The translations under genes were made by a program, and so were the position numbers. This document shows positions 49,801-63,446 of a stretch of 64,000 nucleotides of DNA, one piece after another (positions within the stretch are counted from its first letter, which is position 1; every line of letters starts with the position of its first letter). Below the pieces are notes generated by a model that saw only the letters and a list, made by a program, of their open reading frames with translations, was not told the origin of the DNA and searched no databases. The stretch is from Polymyxa betae A26-41 (Eukaryota; Protista; Endomyxa: Phytomyxea). The stretch is taken from NCBI GenBank assembly GCA_003693705.1, contig RBZT01000266.1, positions 1-64,000 on the forward strand, given 5' to 3'.

Positions 49801-51186
49801 GTTCAAGCCAGTCTGAAATCGAAAGACTATCCAACGAATTCGCTGATTATAAGAAGCAAGCCACCCTCGCACTGGAACAGAATGTGAGTTCTGCCTCATC
49901 TATCTTACCTTTGTAATTTACGCTGTCAGTCTGGAGGCGCTCTCAGGTTATCGGAGATGCTCGATCAAATCGACTTGCTCAAACAAGAACGCGATTCACT
50001 GCAGCATTCGCTGCAAGATGCGACAAAGCGCTCTGTCGATAGCACCAATGTTGGTTGTAACGCTGTTCAGGGTTTATTCCCTAAACTTCTGGTCAGGTAG
50101 AAATCCAAAGGTTGCTGAATGTGATCGAGACGAACCGTCTGTCGTTCCACCAATCAGAAGTGAAATGGTCGCAAGAGCTACAAGCGGCTCAGGTCGAGAA
50201 TGAGCGTGTTCGGCTTCATAACACATTATTGCGAAATTGTTAATCATTTGTCCAGCTTATTAGCAAGAACCAGAAAGAAGAATCTGCCTTGATCGAATCT
50301 CTTACCAAACGGCTCAAAATCGTGCAAGATGAACTTCAAAGAAATCGAACTTCGGCCACAGAAATCATCAAAGTAGTTTGCTTATTTTACTGTGATCGAA
50401 GGAAAATGAACTTACTCTTTAGGAACGAGATAACACGATATCTGGCCTTCATAAGCAATTTGTTGCGGCTCAAGAGAACTGTCAGGAACTGCAACGGCAG
50501 ATTCGTGTTCTACAAGCCGAGCTGGTCGCTTTGAAGCAAGAATCACCCCGACAGACTCACAGCGTCATACCGGATCCTTCGCAACAACAGCGATACGGAT
50601 TGTCTCCACAACATAGAAGGTCTAACCCTTATTTCTCAAATGTTTTCTCTATTCAACTGTAATCAGGTCGAGTATTGATTCTAGCGATCATTCTGTGCAG
50701 ATTCAGAAGCTGCAATCGCTTCTAAGAGATGCCGAACTTCAGGTTATTTTTGTTGGGACTTGGCAGAGGGCTTCGCTGACAACACTTTAGAGGGAACATC
50801 ACGCAGCACAAATGAGGCAACTGCAGTCTCAAATTCGTGAACTGTCTAAATCCAACGAACGCTCCGGAGCCAATTTAGAGTAAGTTATACCAATGCACTT
50901 TTACAAGCTCGTTAACTGATATTGAAATTTAGTTATTTGAAGCATGTTGTGGTTAAATATATGGAAACAGATGAGAGCTTGGTAAACTGCTTTGAAAATT
51001 CGGAACTATCCTAATCTGCCCTAGACTTTACTGCCTGTAATCGCTAATATTCTCGCATTCGATCCTGAAGAGACCGAACGAATACGTGCGAAGCTCGAAA
51101 AAGCCAACACCGCCGGATTAATACCCAAGGTACGTTTTTGTTTTTCGTTGAACATCGAAACATTTACACTGCCATAGATCTGGTGA
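46848..51186 (+). CDS. GRIP-domain golgin-like coiled-coil protein, many exons
   Basis: Coiled-coil exons ending GANLE-YLKHVVVKYMETDESL-TLLPVIANILAFDPEE (GRIP motif). Confidence 0.75.
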
Positions 51187-51199
51187 ATTCAAAAAAATC

Positions 51200-51326
51200 T
51201 GAATTGTATTTGTTGAAAACCTGGGATGTATTCCGTACAGATACGTTTACAATGCTATCGGTCTGATGAATTCACTATATTGAATTGTCTTTATTGAAGA
51301 ACCTGGGATGTAATCAATACAGATAC
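51200..51326. repeat. Degenerate ~46-nt direct duplication (51200-51244 and 51281-51326) between convergent genes
   Basis: TGAATTGT.TT..TTGAA..ACCTGGGATGTA.....TACAGATAC occurs twice. Confidence 0.75.
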
Positions 51327-51822
51327 AGTGCCCAAGCTGTAGCCTGGATCGAAATGTCAGACATTATTGTAGATCGTTATGACACCGGAACATACCGTAC
51401 AGAACAGAGTGTCGTTGATGAAGGTATCGGTTGAGAATCCATCCGATTGTGGATCCCAGAAACATCGGGTCGCCATACGAACGCCGGCGCCGCGCTGTTC
51501 GCCAATCACTACTTGGACGAGGAACTTATAGCGAGCCAGACCCATTTCTAGGTAACAGGTTAATTGCAAACCTGCTATTAACTAGGATTCGTACTTCGTA
51601 ATTCGTTCTTTATCTGGTCGGCAATCTCTCGTGTTAGGGTCGGTGCTGTATCTTGATTGTAGACCTCGTCTTGTAAACGGCGTTTGAGAATGTCACGAAT
51701 CAACGTCTGGGCCGTACCCGACTTAAATCTGCTTAAAATCAGATTGAGCGCTCAACAATCATGTCGGTTTACTTGGCTTTGTATGTCGGATGAACCGGAT
51801 GGGGATCGATATTTTCGACCAT
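51314..51822 (-). CDS. TCTEX1D2: Tctex1-domain dynein-2 light chain, 4 exons
   Basis: RYKFLVQVVIGEQRGAGVRMATRCFWD..SD; ends LFCT-ATAWALYLY. Confidence 0.88.
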
Positions 51823-52315
51823 TATCGCAACGACTCAAGGAATCATGCTCTGTGATGTGCTGCACCGTGCATGTTGTCAGTTAAGAGCCGCATTCGCGTT
51901 GCCCGTGGCTTCATACAGACCATGGCACCGCAACAGTTCAGGGAATTGATCAAACTATGCAAAGCCTTGGTGTATCTTGGTGTATTCAGACGGAACCGAT
52001 GGCGTACTGTACCGATCCGGTCACCAGTTTGGCACCTAAACGATTAACCAGCCGATTGATTGCCAAAAGGATCAATGTCGAACGAATCAGTCGACTTAAA
52101 CCAAGCGTATCTGCACTTTGGCAGGTATAATTTGCATATCGTTGGAAGCAGTTTGCTCAAGCAGCGTTTGTTGTAGACATACGGAGGCAGGAAGATTAAT
52201 ATATGCATTGTACTCAGCTAAACAGAAGTAAGATCGCTCCATTGGCTTACAGGTGGATTTAAACATTGAATTGTAAAGTCGGGGAGCGTATAAGCCGAAT
52301 GTGAAAGTCAGGAGG

Positions 52316-53016
52316 ATGTCCAACCCGACCGATCCTCATGGTTTGAATGTTCATTCTTGCTGCTTTCCGACTGATTCGCAGTGTAGAACAGCATTTGCAG
52401 TCGTTAAAGCAAACGCCAAGGCGCGCGGTCGTGAAAGTGCCGAAACCAATCAAGCGAAGAGGAGGAGAGGACGAGCCCAGGTTCCCAATTTATGGTGGTC
52501 GGAAACCAGCAGAACTAATTCTTCGAGAGACCCAAGAACTCTTTTCAAAGGAGCGCATGAAACTTCCTGCTTTCCATCGTTAGGTTCTGATATCAAGCAA
52601 GTGCCTTTCTGAATCTTCAATGTTTAGCTGTGCAACCAAGATCGCAGGCCATTGCAGAGTTGCAGGACAAGTTTTCAGGCGAATCCCATCCAGCTGTTCC
52701 ACAAAAGATTGACAGAAAAGGGACGCATTACCAGACGACAGAATCCTTTAACGAAGCTATGATATCACAGCGTAAGCTAAAGAAGTTTGTGTTAGGCGAA
52801 TTTGCTAATTTCCAATAGTTCATCGAGAGATCGAGGAACGCGAGCAGTTCCTTGAGCAAGTACAAGGTTTGGACAAGAAAATGTTTGAGCGTATCGCACC
52901 AGGCGTCAACGCTGAGATACGACAGGTAACCACGGCAGAAAACAATTCTATTCTTTAGCTGACGCTATCGCTAGAGGACTGAAGAAATTCAGAAATTGTC
53001 GCAACCGAGTCTATAA
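52316..53016 (+). CDS. UPF0193/EVG1-like (C22orf23-like) protein, 4 exons
   Basis: C-terminal REIEEREQFLEQV...NAEIRQ-R motif after splicing. Confidence 0.6.
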
Positions 53017-53045
53017 TATTATCGCGTATACAAGCTGACCGGTTA

Positions 53046-55976
53046 TCACATTTTGCTGCGTTTAAGCGATGATCTTGGCAACCTGGTAATAGGAGTCATT
53101 CCATGAGGTCTTTTTGGGAAGAATAAACTCGAATCATGCGCCATCTTTAGCAACAAGGGATGCGGATCGAAACGTTCGCCGTATTCTCCAGCCAACTGCT
53201 TTAAACGCGAAACAATCGCCGCCTGAAGACAGAATGACTATATAAACTACATTTCGGAAGAGATTCTGCTCACAATTCCATACTGGTCTGCGTAATTCAA
53301 CAAGCCGCCTCGGAATGGTGCAAACCCAGTCCCGAAGATCATAGCCAAGTCTAGGACCTCTGGGCTCTCACATATCTGCTCAGAGAGTATGTAGCATGCC
53401 TGTTAGTATCAATGAACTTCGTGCACAAATGTTCAGAGTTTCTCACCTCCTGAAGAGAAACCAAAATGCATCGATCGACGATGTTTTTCGGCGAGCTTGA
53501 TTTCGTTTGAGATCCGGAACGAAGGGAAGCGATCTCCGAGTATATCTCTGGATTGAGGTGACGGGGATCTGTTTTGCCGTTTTTGTCATACAAAAAGAAT
53601 CCAGCTCCTATTCAGCACGTAAATACATCCTACCCAAAATCTATATCGAATGTTTCACCTACCGGTTTTCTTTCCCAATCGTTTAGGATTCGAGACCAGA
53701 ACTTTAGTAAAGTTCGGATTTTGCTTGAAACGCGTACCCAGACCATTCTCTAGAATCGAGCCAACATGGGCGGCGACGTCCATTCCAACTACCCATTATA
53801 AGCGAACAGATCGACTCGTTGGGAAGTCGGAACCTTCGTCAATTAATCGAAACGGACCCATTGGCATTCCGAAATCTACCAATGCCTGATCGATCGAAGG
53901 AATCGAGTTCCCTTCTATAGCTAGGAGCCCAGCCTCATTCATATAAATTCCCAGGATCCGGTTGACGATGAATCCGGGTCCATCACGACATATACAGGGC
54001 GTTTTACCCAAAGATAACGCCAACCGGTAGATGACAGAAAGGCACCAATCCTGACGTGATGTTAAACCTGAGATCCATAATGCAGAACATGAACGAACCT
54101 CGGTGGCTTCGCTGCTGATTACTTCGACTAAAGGCATCTTTTGGACCGGATTAAAAAAATGCATTCCGCATATCTAAATCGACAAACTTTCAATGAGAAG
54201 ACGAAAACGATTATGGCTCTCTTAAGCACTTACCTGACCAGGTCTGCTTGACGATTTTGATAAAACAGTGATAGATAATGAGGACGTATTCGTCGCAAAT
54301 ATCGCAGACGCCGGCAGAACTTTTTCAACTTCTTGTAGGATTTTCTGCTTCAGCTGAAGATTTTCCACGGCTGCTTCAATAACAATTGAACAATCTTTGA
54401 AGCCGTCTAAGCCTGTACTGAACGACAGTGCCTGGGAAAGTTAACAGAGCTCGGATGGTGCTGAAAAGGTTTAATTCACCTTGAGCCTCGATTCGCAAAG
54501 CTGGGGCGAAAGGCGCTTCTTGGCGATGGATTCGTCGAAAATGGCTCGAACATGCTTAATACCAGCTTGGATGGCGTCTTCAGAGATATCACGAACAAAC
54601 ACAGAATATCCTTTGCTAATAGCAATAGCGGCTATTTGAGCGCCCATCACACCAGCACCGATGATCCCGATCTTTGTAATCTTTGGCAGCTGGGCCTGCA
54701 TTACCATGTCAAGCATCCACTTTCGAGCAGTATTACATGGTTAACTTTTGGTTTCAGTGATTTCGGAATCTTCTTGGCTGATTCCATCAGGTAATAAACA
54801 GCAATGAGGGATTTGCTTTCTGGTGAGACAGCCAATTGCCCAAATAGGTTCGCTTCGTAATCCAGAGCCGCCTGGATATCGACACCCAGCGAATGAACGG
54901 CGCTCTCTAATGCTAAATATGGGGCCGGGTATTTCCCATGAGTTAGCTTATCCAAGGATTCGACTGCCTTCCTTGCAACCACCCATCTGCCTACAGCCCA
55001 TTCGTTCAAGAAACTATCCTGTTGTCGCTGTTAGAGACCAATAACCAAGAGGAAAGACATTCTAACCTGAAAGCTTTCATCCGTATGATGCTGAGAGCGT
55101 TTCGTCATTCCATACTTGTTCAGCGTATCAACCGCGAACTTCTTCGCGCCAAGAAGAAATGCTTCTTCGTAGAACTTCGGAGGTCCGCATTCGATAATCT
55201 GATCAACGAGATGCATCTGGAAAGCTTTCTGGGGCCTCACTGAAGATCCAGCTAGAATCAGGCTCAGCGCTTGTTGCAGGCCGATCAACCGAGGTAATCG
55301 TACGGTCCCGCCAGCGCCTGGCAACAGTCCAAGTTTCACCTCGGGCAGGCCCAGCTGAGTCTAATACGAAAATATAAGAAGATCCCTAAATCAGCAAAGT
55401 TCGGTGACAACTTTGGGATTATCACTACAAACGCGATAATCGCAAGCCAAGGCGAGCTCCAGGCCAGCTCCGAGAGCTGGACCATTAATGCAAGCGATCG
55501 TTACAGCCTTCAGTTTTGCAATACGATTGAAAATTTTTTGACCGGATTTTGAAGCCTATTTTGCCACGATCGGTCGATTAGTATATCGACCAATTAGTAT
55601 CAGTGGATTTGAAGGTCATACATCGATTGCTTTGTGAAGATCAATATTCGGATACATTTCATCGATGTCAGCCCCAGCGATAAATGTGCCAGGTTTACCT
55701 GAGCACAGAAGGACGATTTTGACACGCCGGTCTTCAACAAGCTTCTCCAATTCGGTCAAAATCTTTAATCAAACTTGTAAGAGAAGAACGAAATGTCGCT
55801 ATCACAAGTGTTGCCTTTTCAGCGTCGTTCAAGACTGCTAAGTTGACGACATTGACAGGGCGGTTTTGCAGGTGGAAAAAGAGCCAGCCGATAGAGCCCG
55901 GTTCCAGAATCAGTGACAAATGCTGATACTGCAGGACGGCATCTGCTGATGAAATGACTTTGTTCATAAATTGCAT
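53046..55976 (-). CDS. Multifunctional beta-oxidation enzyme (enoyl-CoA hydratase plus 3-hydroxyacyl-CoA dehydrogenase) with PTS1-like SKM end
   Basis: [68 protein letters not shown] and GFAPFRGG; ends KRSKM*. Confidence 0.92.
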
Positions 55977-56081
55977 TTTGTCGGACGACTCGATCAAAAG
56001 GAAAATAAAATGACTTCAATGAAGGACATAACATACTTTACGTAACGAAAGTGAAGAACTCCGTTCGCTTTGTGTTCGGTC

Positions 56082-56095
56082 AAACCCTAAAACCT
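56082..56095. repeat. Telomere-type tract AAACCCTAAAACCTA between tandem genes
   Basis: Between PA200 stop 56230 and MFP ATG 55976. Confidence 0.7.
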
Positions 56096-56229
56096 ATAAT
56101 CAGATTCTCTGTGTATGTAAAGTGTATTTACAATGGTGGCTTATTAACATATTCATTCAATTCGGCTGTTAATGTTCACTGTTAACTGAGTAATTCTGTT
56201 GACCATTAAATCACCGAGTAAGCGATCCG

Positions 56230-59200
56230 TTATACAATGTATGAGGGAGCGATGTTGACCTCCCTGATTGCCTCTATCTGTTTCTCATTTAGCTTATCTT
56301 GGACATCATGGAAATCGTCCTAAAACCACCGGTTATAGGATGTTTCGGACTGAAAGATCAACAGACCACGTGCAAATGGCGCCAGTTGATGAACGTTTCT
56401 CTGATACTATCACCGATAGGTGGCTTTTCATTAGCGTATGAAGCCAATGTATTTAGGACATCGCCAAGCCAATCAGGAATATCGTAGGCAGCAGCCCGTA
56501 CTAAACCGATTAAGCCTATCCAAAGAAATCAGCTCTAAAAAACACACCGATTCAATTCAAAGACCCAGAATGCCACCATGTCGTCTTGCAATCTGAACCT
56601 AAGCAAACTGAGCTGACAGTATTAACATCGCTTGAGTTGGTTACTTTGCCGTCAACTTGCCCGCCAACATCAATTAGTTGTTGGCACTTCAGAATAACCT
56701 CGGTTGTCTTTGGAAAGTCAAGCAATCTGGTATGTATATACAAGACAGTTAAGGTATCAGCAGCAGAATTCCGGCAGGTGATTTCCGGATCAGCTAACAG
56801 ATTACAAACACTCTAACAAGCATTGCCCATTAAACGAAACGATTCTCAATGGAAAAGAGTTCCTAACCATGTAAATATCTTGAACGCATTCCTTAGAGAG
56901 AAAATAGGAGTGTCTGGAGATTAATAAACGAGCAAGTTTTAACAAAGACGATTTCCCTCGAGATGAGAAATTCGGATCCTGACACTGACGAATTATCTTC
57001 GGCAAAATCTCGCATATGTCAGATTCGCTAAATCCGATCCAGCCAAGATAATGGGATGCCTTCTCAACGAAACTAAGCAACTCCGGATCAGTTTGCGAGA
57101 ACCCTGTCGCTAACACAGGAACGGCCAAATGGTTCAGTAAATTGCCGAAGACCATCATGCTTCCTTCTTGACATGATTCAATCATGAATAGGCAAAATAT
57201 CTCTAAGCATTGGCGAAGGGCATGGCAACCAGTAGAACAAATCTCCAGTACGTTCTCCAGAAACGTTACCAGGCATGAATGGTCAAGAACAAGAACGGGC
57301 TTGAGTGAAACCATTCTATTTTGGGAGTCTGGCTGAAATAAGCAACAAACTGAGTCGTGAATGACTTCTGACAGCGCTTGTCGAACGATGGCAGAATCAC
57401 GGAATTCGAACAATCCCTTATTGGCATTCAAAATTTGGCATGCAATATCCCGACACTGCCAGGTATACTCCAGAAGAAATCCCGAAAGAATTTCCAAAAA
57501 GAACTGAGCAAGAAGCGTCGGCTGTCCTTTTGTGAAGGCTTTAGCAACAGTTTCATCAACCAATGGGGACATCAGGCTAAAAGGCACTTGGGACGAAGCG
57601 AAGCGTAATGAAAGCAACCAATCAGGATACTACATGTGCATTAGCTCAAGGCACCAAATGATCGAACAACTGAAAAAACCAACCATTTCCGGTTCAATCT
57701 TATGTATGAAACTCCATATGAGCACTATCGTTTGCTCCTGAGCCTGGGAAGTATCAGCGACCTGGCCTAAGTTAAGAATAACACCGCAAAGGAGTTCAGC
57801 AAAGCAGGCTGAGCGTTCTTTATCGAGTCCCTCTTCAAGCGAAGCAGTCTGAAGATAGCCAAGAAACAGCGGCATCATGTCGACATTGCTTTCAAGCAAA
57901 GACTGCCACAGACGAACGTTCTCCAAGGAGAAATGAACACTGCCTCTGTTTGTTATTAAAGCCGAAAACTTCGCCTTTAACCTGAAAATTCTGAACATTT
58001 CAGATCGAATTTTGTCATTTTGATGTGTCCCATTCTTTTTACGGGACAGCGACTCTAGCAAAGCTGTGAAATGTTCTTGTATCCAAGGGTTCAGAACGGC
58101 TGAAACTGTTTCAGGGCGCAAGTTTTCACAAATGACTGATTCCACAACTTTGCTGCTGGATTCTTCAGCGCCGATAATGGGATGACCAGAAACATGATGA
58201 GTGCAACATAGAAGTAAAGGAAGAATGAAGATGGAGCATAGCTGCAGAGAGTGGTCGTCAGACAGCAAATTTTCTAAGTGGGATGAGAACACAGAACCAA
58301 GCTCGTGACTGTGGTTGGTAACAAGCATTGCATAGGCCAAAGATAGAGCCGCTATTTGATGCTTAGCGGGTAGCTTTCTCCCAATGAGGTCAAAGTATTG
58401 ATCAACGTCTTCTACAAGAGATCGACTTGAGCATTCCATCAAAGAATCAAATTGCAACATCCCCCAGTACGTTCTGAATACAACTTTAAGCTTTTGCTGG
58501 ACAGTAATATCATCAACAGTAGCAAAAGATGGCCAAATTTCAATCAAACTGTACAGATTTGATGCTTTGGAGCAGATATAAAGAGCTACCGTCGGGATCA
58601 GAAACAAACCGGCTATCTGCCGAACATAAGCATCGTGTAATCCCTTCAAATTCCTGGATACTTCAAATAGCTTTGCTGTAAAGCTTTGCATCTGAAAAAG
58701 ATGTTCACATTGCAGCATTATGCGTGAAATAGCGAGAAATGGACTAGAGCCGGCCATCAATATTTTCTCGTCGAGCAGATAGTTCAATACCTCCGAGGTT
58801 TGTGTGATACTAAAAAAGTAACTGAAGATCCCACTGAAGCGATCGCTGAGAATATTGCTTGTTGAATCGATTAATATCCTGCGAACAGAGCAGCGATGGT
58901 GCGTATGAAAATTCTTCTGCGATTCCAGCAATTTGGCATGCGCAAGCGATTGGGCAACAGTTTTTTCAAGAACGGGTTTGGATAAAACTCGAACCAAATC
59001 ACAGGCATGCTTGTAAATGGTAATTCGATCTTCTAAAACCTCCCTGCAACGAGACAGAAAGCAGAGCACTGCATCGTACAAATAGTCGCCGATGGTCTGG
59101 TTCAAGACCATAATAGGGACCAAGATATCCGATTGCCATGGATCAAGTTCGTGAAGCTCCGGAATCCGACATCTGCTTCTATTCAGCAACGTTGAGATAC

Positions 59201-61488
59201 CTCTAGCAACGGATTGCAGTGTTAAAAGTGAGCGAACGCATGTCTCAGTCGTTTTCCTAGTAACATGACCAGTTGTTAGAACGCAGACAGGATCTCTAAT
59301 GAATTCCTGGACGAACCCGGAAACAGCCTAGCGAATAATAAATCAACATAGAAAGAGTCCAGAGAAATGATAATACGTGCAATTCTTCTTTGGTAGGAAG
59401 GTGCCACGTGACGGCCAAACTAAATTCATTATCAGGCAAAAAAGCCTGACGGTGATCTTGAATGAACTGAAATGGGTAAACATCTGTTAGAGTCTTTAAA
59501 ATGTGTCTGATTATCTTGTTCGAATGGGACAGCCTGCCAATATTTTCGCTCGACAGGCCCAACTTGATAATCGGTAGAAGATCCGCGAGGTAAGGCAACA
59601 AGTGCGATCCAGTTTTCCGAATCAGACACGAGAGGTGATATAGAAGCCAATCAATTTCATTACCACTTGCAACACGAATGGAAGTGATAAAAAGAGGAAT
59701 ATAATGCGATAAAACCCAACTTGGTGAAGACATACTTGCAGCATTACACATAACTCCTAGAAGGCGGCGTGCATTCTCAATTCTCCTTGAGAAAATAAAA
59801 TCAAAGATATATTGAGAGCAAAGCCGATGCATTTCGGTAGGCAAAACCCTCAGAAATCCAACAAAGAACTCTTTGAAATCAGCTTTCATGGAAGCATCAA
59901 AAGAGGAATTCTTTGAATATTCCGGCATATTTTCACACAAATGAAACAGCTTTACCATCAGGTGAGGAGCCAACTGTTCAATAAAATCTTGATCGGAATC
60001 TTCGCATAAATTGAAGAACACTGCCATAAGGTTGATAGCAGCTCTGAGTTGGTTGGTATCGCTAGGATTAAGCGACTCTGCACAACAATAAACATGATCG
60101 TAAAACCAATCACATTGACGAAACGCTGGAAGAACATAAGCTGACAGTTTAAGGCACGCCAACCGCCGTTTTTGTGATGAAGTCGGTGAGCGCAACGTTA
60201 GATCAACGAATTGTAGAAACGACGGCTCCACAATCTCGGGCTCTAACTTCGAAAAGCATGAGTACATTTTAGCAATCGAGTGGACGAGAGTAAAGGAATT
60301 CGAATAGAGGGCTGGAGTACCCGATTTGATAAATTCTCTCAGTACTTGCTTGGAGAAATCGTCCGTTAGCTTCGGATGATTCGAACGAGTATCGTGTTTG
60401 AAACGCTGGGTGAAATGAATGGCAAAGGCCTCAAAGAAAGTCCCGAGTAAATTGCTCCAAGTACCGTAATTATTTGGATGCAAGTATGACGATATAAAAT
60501 GGAGAAAATGTTGGAGCATACTGAAATTGGAAGGACTGAGTGTGTAAGCGACCGTTTTGGCCATATCCCGAACGAGACCATTTTTTGAGCCTGAATATCT
60601 CCTCAGGAATTTCAGGTCATTGGGCCAGCTTTTGGTGTGCCCATAATCTGGTAACGGGTCTTTGTTATTTTGTTCAACGGCCAGGCCCAATGCCTGTACA
60701 AACGAAGAATAGAGAAGTGGCAAATAAGGGCCGAAGTCAAATACACCATGATGTGCACACCTGGAAAACATCTGAAACAGCACAGATTTGACAGCAGTGG
60801 ACTGGTTCATCCACTTCAAAGCGTTCAGCAATACTATCATCAGTTCTGGATCCGTGTCTTTCGTTGCATGCCGCTTGAAAGGCAGTAACAAAGAGAATAA
60901 TCCCAGAATTCGAAAAAACAGTCGATTATCTTTAAACAGGAAAGGTAGCAGCTGGTATTTGATTTCATTGTAGCTGTCATCGTGAAAATATTTCCTTGCT
61001 CGTACAGCCAGATTGCCTAAAGCGATTCTGTCCTCGTGACGAATGCCACATCCGAAAGTATCAGCAGCTCTCCAATTATCCACTTCTTCACAAACAGACC
61101 ACAATGTATTTAGCAATGGTCTATAGTCCAATAGCAGAGATTCTGGTGGCAAAGAAGGCTTAAGTTTCAACAGCTTGTAGCAAGTTGTAGTTACTCTCAG
61201 CCGTAGACCCAATCCTGAGCTGAAAGCGTTATTATACAGAATATTAATAAGCGCTATTCTATGCGATTGATTGAAGATCAATTCCGAGTTCGTAAGTTCG
61301 TTCACAAAAGCCAGATATCGGTCGATCACGAAAAAATCCGACGACTGGTTCAGAAGACCAGGCAAATTCTCAATTAACCAGATCATGACCGTCTCCGAAT
61401 AACCAGACAGCGAGCCGACAAGTTCAGCTGGCATATTGCACAAATGCTCCGATGGGCAGATGCCGCCGTCATCGAGCTCGCCAGACAT
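56230..61488 (-). CDS. PSME4: Proteasome activator PA200/Blm10
   Basis: SSYLHPNNYGTWS, WHLPTKEE and C-terminal YDIPDWL...IRETFINWRHLHV-DDF...APSYIV. Confidence 0.85.
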
Positions 61489-61915
61489 TGCTCCAGGCGG
61501 CGCTGATCTCAACAGTCTTCACAAATGCTGGTGCGTTGCGTAGAAATAATTTACCCACAATGAACCTTTAAAGTGGAGGTGAATGTCCACATGTTTGGAC
61601 TTGTCACACCATGAGCCCATGTCCAAACTATAGAGACAGAGCGTCGCCGTTTTTGCAACTGCCAAGCGGGGGTTTATGTTACATCCACTATTCTGTCTAT
61701 TATGTGTCTTAAATTCTCTTCATTTAATAGTATTGCAAGCTGTGTTGCCTGCATTTATTAATCTATTGAGGCAATGAGAGGGTAGTTCCGGCTGGAAGCG
61801 CGATGTTGCCAGGGAAAGATTCTGGATCGAAATCGATCTGCGGTTCGTACTTGGAATGAAAAGGTGGCGGTTGCCAGCAATGGATATCTGGCAGCGGAAT
61901 CGATGCTGAGCGATT

Positions 61916-63273
61916 ATGGATCAGCAAAGGCCACCGATTCGTATCCCCCGGCTGAATACAGCCGATGCTCAGCGAGAACGCTCACAGGCCTATCGTAGCC
62001 CCAGCGCTAGCAGCAGCACGTCGATGTAAAAATTTGATTAAGACTTGCCATTTCATACAAGCATTTTGCTAAGACCGATCATATAGACATTTGCCATTCG
62101 CATCAGCGCGATCAAACGTTTATCTATCTACAGCTCGACCAGGCTACATTCGGCGTCCTCGTACTCAAAATCAATATCAGAAAAGGTATCCTAGGGTTTT
62201 TTGAGAACAATTTAGCGAATTTACGAATGGGAGTTCAGCTTAATGTTCGGACTCAGTGTTGCAACACCTGGGGTTAAACCATTACTGTTGCAGCAGATCG
62301 AGGAACATTTTCAAAAGGCCAGCATGCCTGAATACAAAGGAATAGGGGAACGGCGCCTCCGAATCTTTCAGGATGGACTTGACATGTTTATTAATGCCTT
62401 TGGCGTTTATAAACCTGTCCTAAGTCGCATAAAATGTGAATACCAAGCATTGTTTGAAGCATTTGCAAAACGAATCCAATACATTCCTCAACTTAAATCG
62501 CGACTCATGACGATGAAAGATGATGCTAATGCAAAGATCTGCGCAATGGCAGCTCAGTATAAAAAGGAGAAGGTAAACGCAGCCTGCGGGCGCATAGCAA
62601 GTCACTTTAATTATTTTTCTAGGCAGAGCTGGAATGTAGAGTTGCCATGCAGACCACCCTGTGTGGATCTCATCTGGAAGAAATAGCATCTCTCAAAGGT
62701 GAAGTTACCGCACTTCAGAAAGCAAAAGAGAAGCTTCGAATCGAGCGCGATGCGGAATGCGAAACCAAAAAAACACTGGCGACTGCTCTTGACAGATACA
62801 GAGCCATGCTGGACGAAGCTAATGCTGATGTCAGTGAAACATTCCAAACATAATGCGATGCTAAAATGCCAAGTAGAAAATGCAGTCAACACGAGCTGTC
62901 GTGGCAGCTAATCAAAAGGCATCAAATTACCAAGTACAACTGAAGATTCTCGATACTTACCTTTCTGACTCCATGCCCTAGATGTCTTACGAGACAGTTC
63001 TTGCAGATCTCGACGCCGCTAATCACAAACTGGAAGATTTACAAAAGCGAGTCTACTCAAACGAAGCGGTGAAGCTGGCGAAAGATCTTCACCGTGCTAT
63101 AGCGAGGACAAGTCGGCTCGAATCCGAATTCCTGCGCGTTCTAGATTTATACGAAAGGGCTGTAGGTAAACGAGCTGAGGTTGATCGTAGAGTGAGTACT
63201 TGCCATGCTCTGATTATGCTTCCATTCCTGACCTGCGTCTATCCAGATTTTAAGTGATCTGAGGAGATCATAA
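61916..63273 (+). CDS. TSNAXIP1 N-terminal-domain coiled-coil protein, multi-exon
   Basis: RRLRIFQDGLDMFINAFGVYKPVLSRIKCEYQ resembles the TSNAXIP1_N motif; 5' exons are phase-compatible from ATG 61916. Confidence 0.65.
62190..62200 (+). repeat. Single CCTAGGGTTTT unit just after the donor of intron 62186-62238
   Basis: Same CTAGGG start as the longer tracts. Confidence 0.55.
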
Positions 63274-63446
63274 GAATTTTAATTTCGCAGATCCTTGATA
63301 ATGGATTTTTCCAATCTACTACAAGCCAAAACCTAGCATTGTTAAGCCTGAATCGCTGACAATAGATAGATTTATTATATATTATATAATATTAATTGTG
63401 GCAGATATGTAATGAGCATGAACAGAAATAGAACACCAAATCAATT

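Noticed and set aside
50067-55391. Single CCCTAAA/AGGGTTT units in introns near 50067-50086 and 55384-55390, and a coding one near 51633
   Set aside because: Single units can arise by chance or as ordinary branch sites; not counted among the tracts.
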